From Chiloscyllium plagiosum (Eukaryota): DNA of 34,660 nucleotides. The stretch is from NCBI RefSeq assembly GCF_004010195.1, contig NC_057717.1, forward strand, positions 74,332,695 to 74,367,354. Direction: 5' to 3'. Below the pieces are notes generated by a model, which did no database searches, was not told the origin of the DNA, and saw nothing but the letters and a program-made list of their open reading frames with translations. Positions 34,126-34,660 of the stretch are shown here, in pieces. A program made the translations under genes and the position numbers. Numbering within the stretch: the stretch's first letter is position 1; every line of letters starts with the position of its first letter.

Positions 34126-34660
34126 ACAAAGTTAAAAATCACACAACACCAGGTTATAGTCCAACAGGTTTAATTGGAAGCACTAGCTTTCGGAGCGACG
34201 CTCCTTCATCAGGTGATTGTGGAGGGCTCGATCGTAACACAGAATTTATAGCAAAAATTTGCAGTGTGATGTAACTGAAATTATACATTGAAAAATTAAT
34301 TGTCTGTTAAGCCTTTCATCTGTTAGAATACAGTGATAGTTTCACTTCTTTCATGTGTAAATCACAAAACCCTTTTTTTAAAAAGTTGCATTCTCGGGTT
34401 AGCTGTGAACAAGGGTGATAGCTAGACAACAGCTAACCCGAGAATGTAACTTTAAAAAAAAGGGTTTTGTGATTTACACATGAAAGAAGTGAAACTATCA
34501 CTGTATTCTAAAAGATGAAAGGCTTAATAGACAATCAATTTTTCAATCTATAACTTCAGTTACATCACACTGCAAATTTTTGCTATAAATTCTGTGTGTT
34601 AGGATTGAGCCCTCCACTATCACCTGATGAAGGAGCGATGCTCCGAAAGCTAGTGTGCTT
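34126..34660. mobile_element. Young Penelope-like family B inverted pseudo-LTR pair with intact hammerhead motifs
   Basis: About 230-bp arms (about 34178-34406 and 34429-34660) with a 22-nt spacer. cac-CTGATGA-a-GGAGC-nnn-GCTCC-GAAA-gCTA-gtg on + (about 34622-34655) and on - (about 34181-34215). Confidence 0.85.

Noticed and set aside
1-34660. CRISPR arrays or prokaryotic systems
   Set aside because: No regularly spaced repeat-spacer structure; the content is vertebrate.

Overview
Repeat-dominated eukaryotic DNA that looks like cartilaginous fish (shark), judged from HE1-type tRNA SINEs, many CR1-type LINE fragments and Penelope-like elements. It has one 828-nt assembly gap (14010-14837). 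Most of the window is decayed retroelements: CR1 LINEs, SINEs, a Gmr1-like Gypsy remnant and at least three Penelope-like families with minimal hammerhead ribozyme motifs, inverted ends and target-site duplications. Embedded on the + strand is one spliced Ig-superfamily gene that the ORF track shows only in pieces: leader (4764-4806), a single pre-joined VJ exon with no RSS (8326-8657), an 87-nt intron, a C1-set exon (8745-9047), a hinge-Cys plus uncharged TM exon (15672-15785), a cytoplasmic exon (15944-15987) and a candidate Tyr-motif terminal exon (17571-17666). This is a non-rearranging antigen-receptor-like VJ-C1-TM gene. As assembled it lacks 1 nt in the CDR3-equivalent loop, so it is a pseudogene, a null allele or an assembly error. 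All calls were made by eye; repeat boundaries are approximate.
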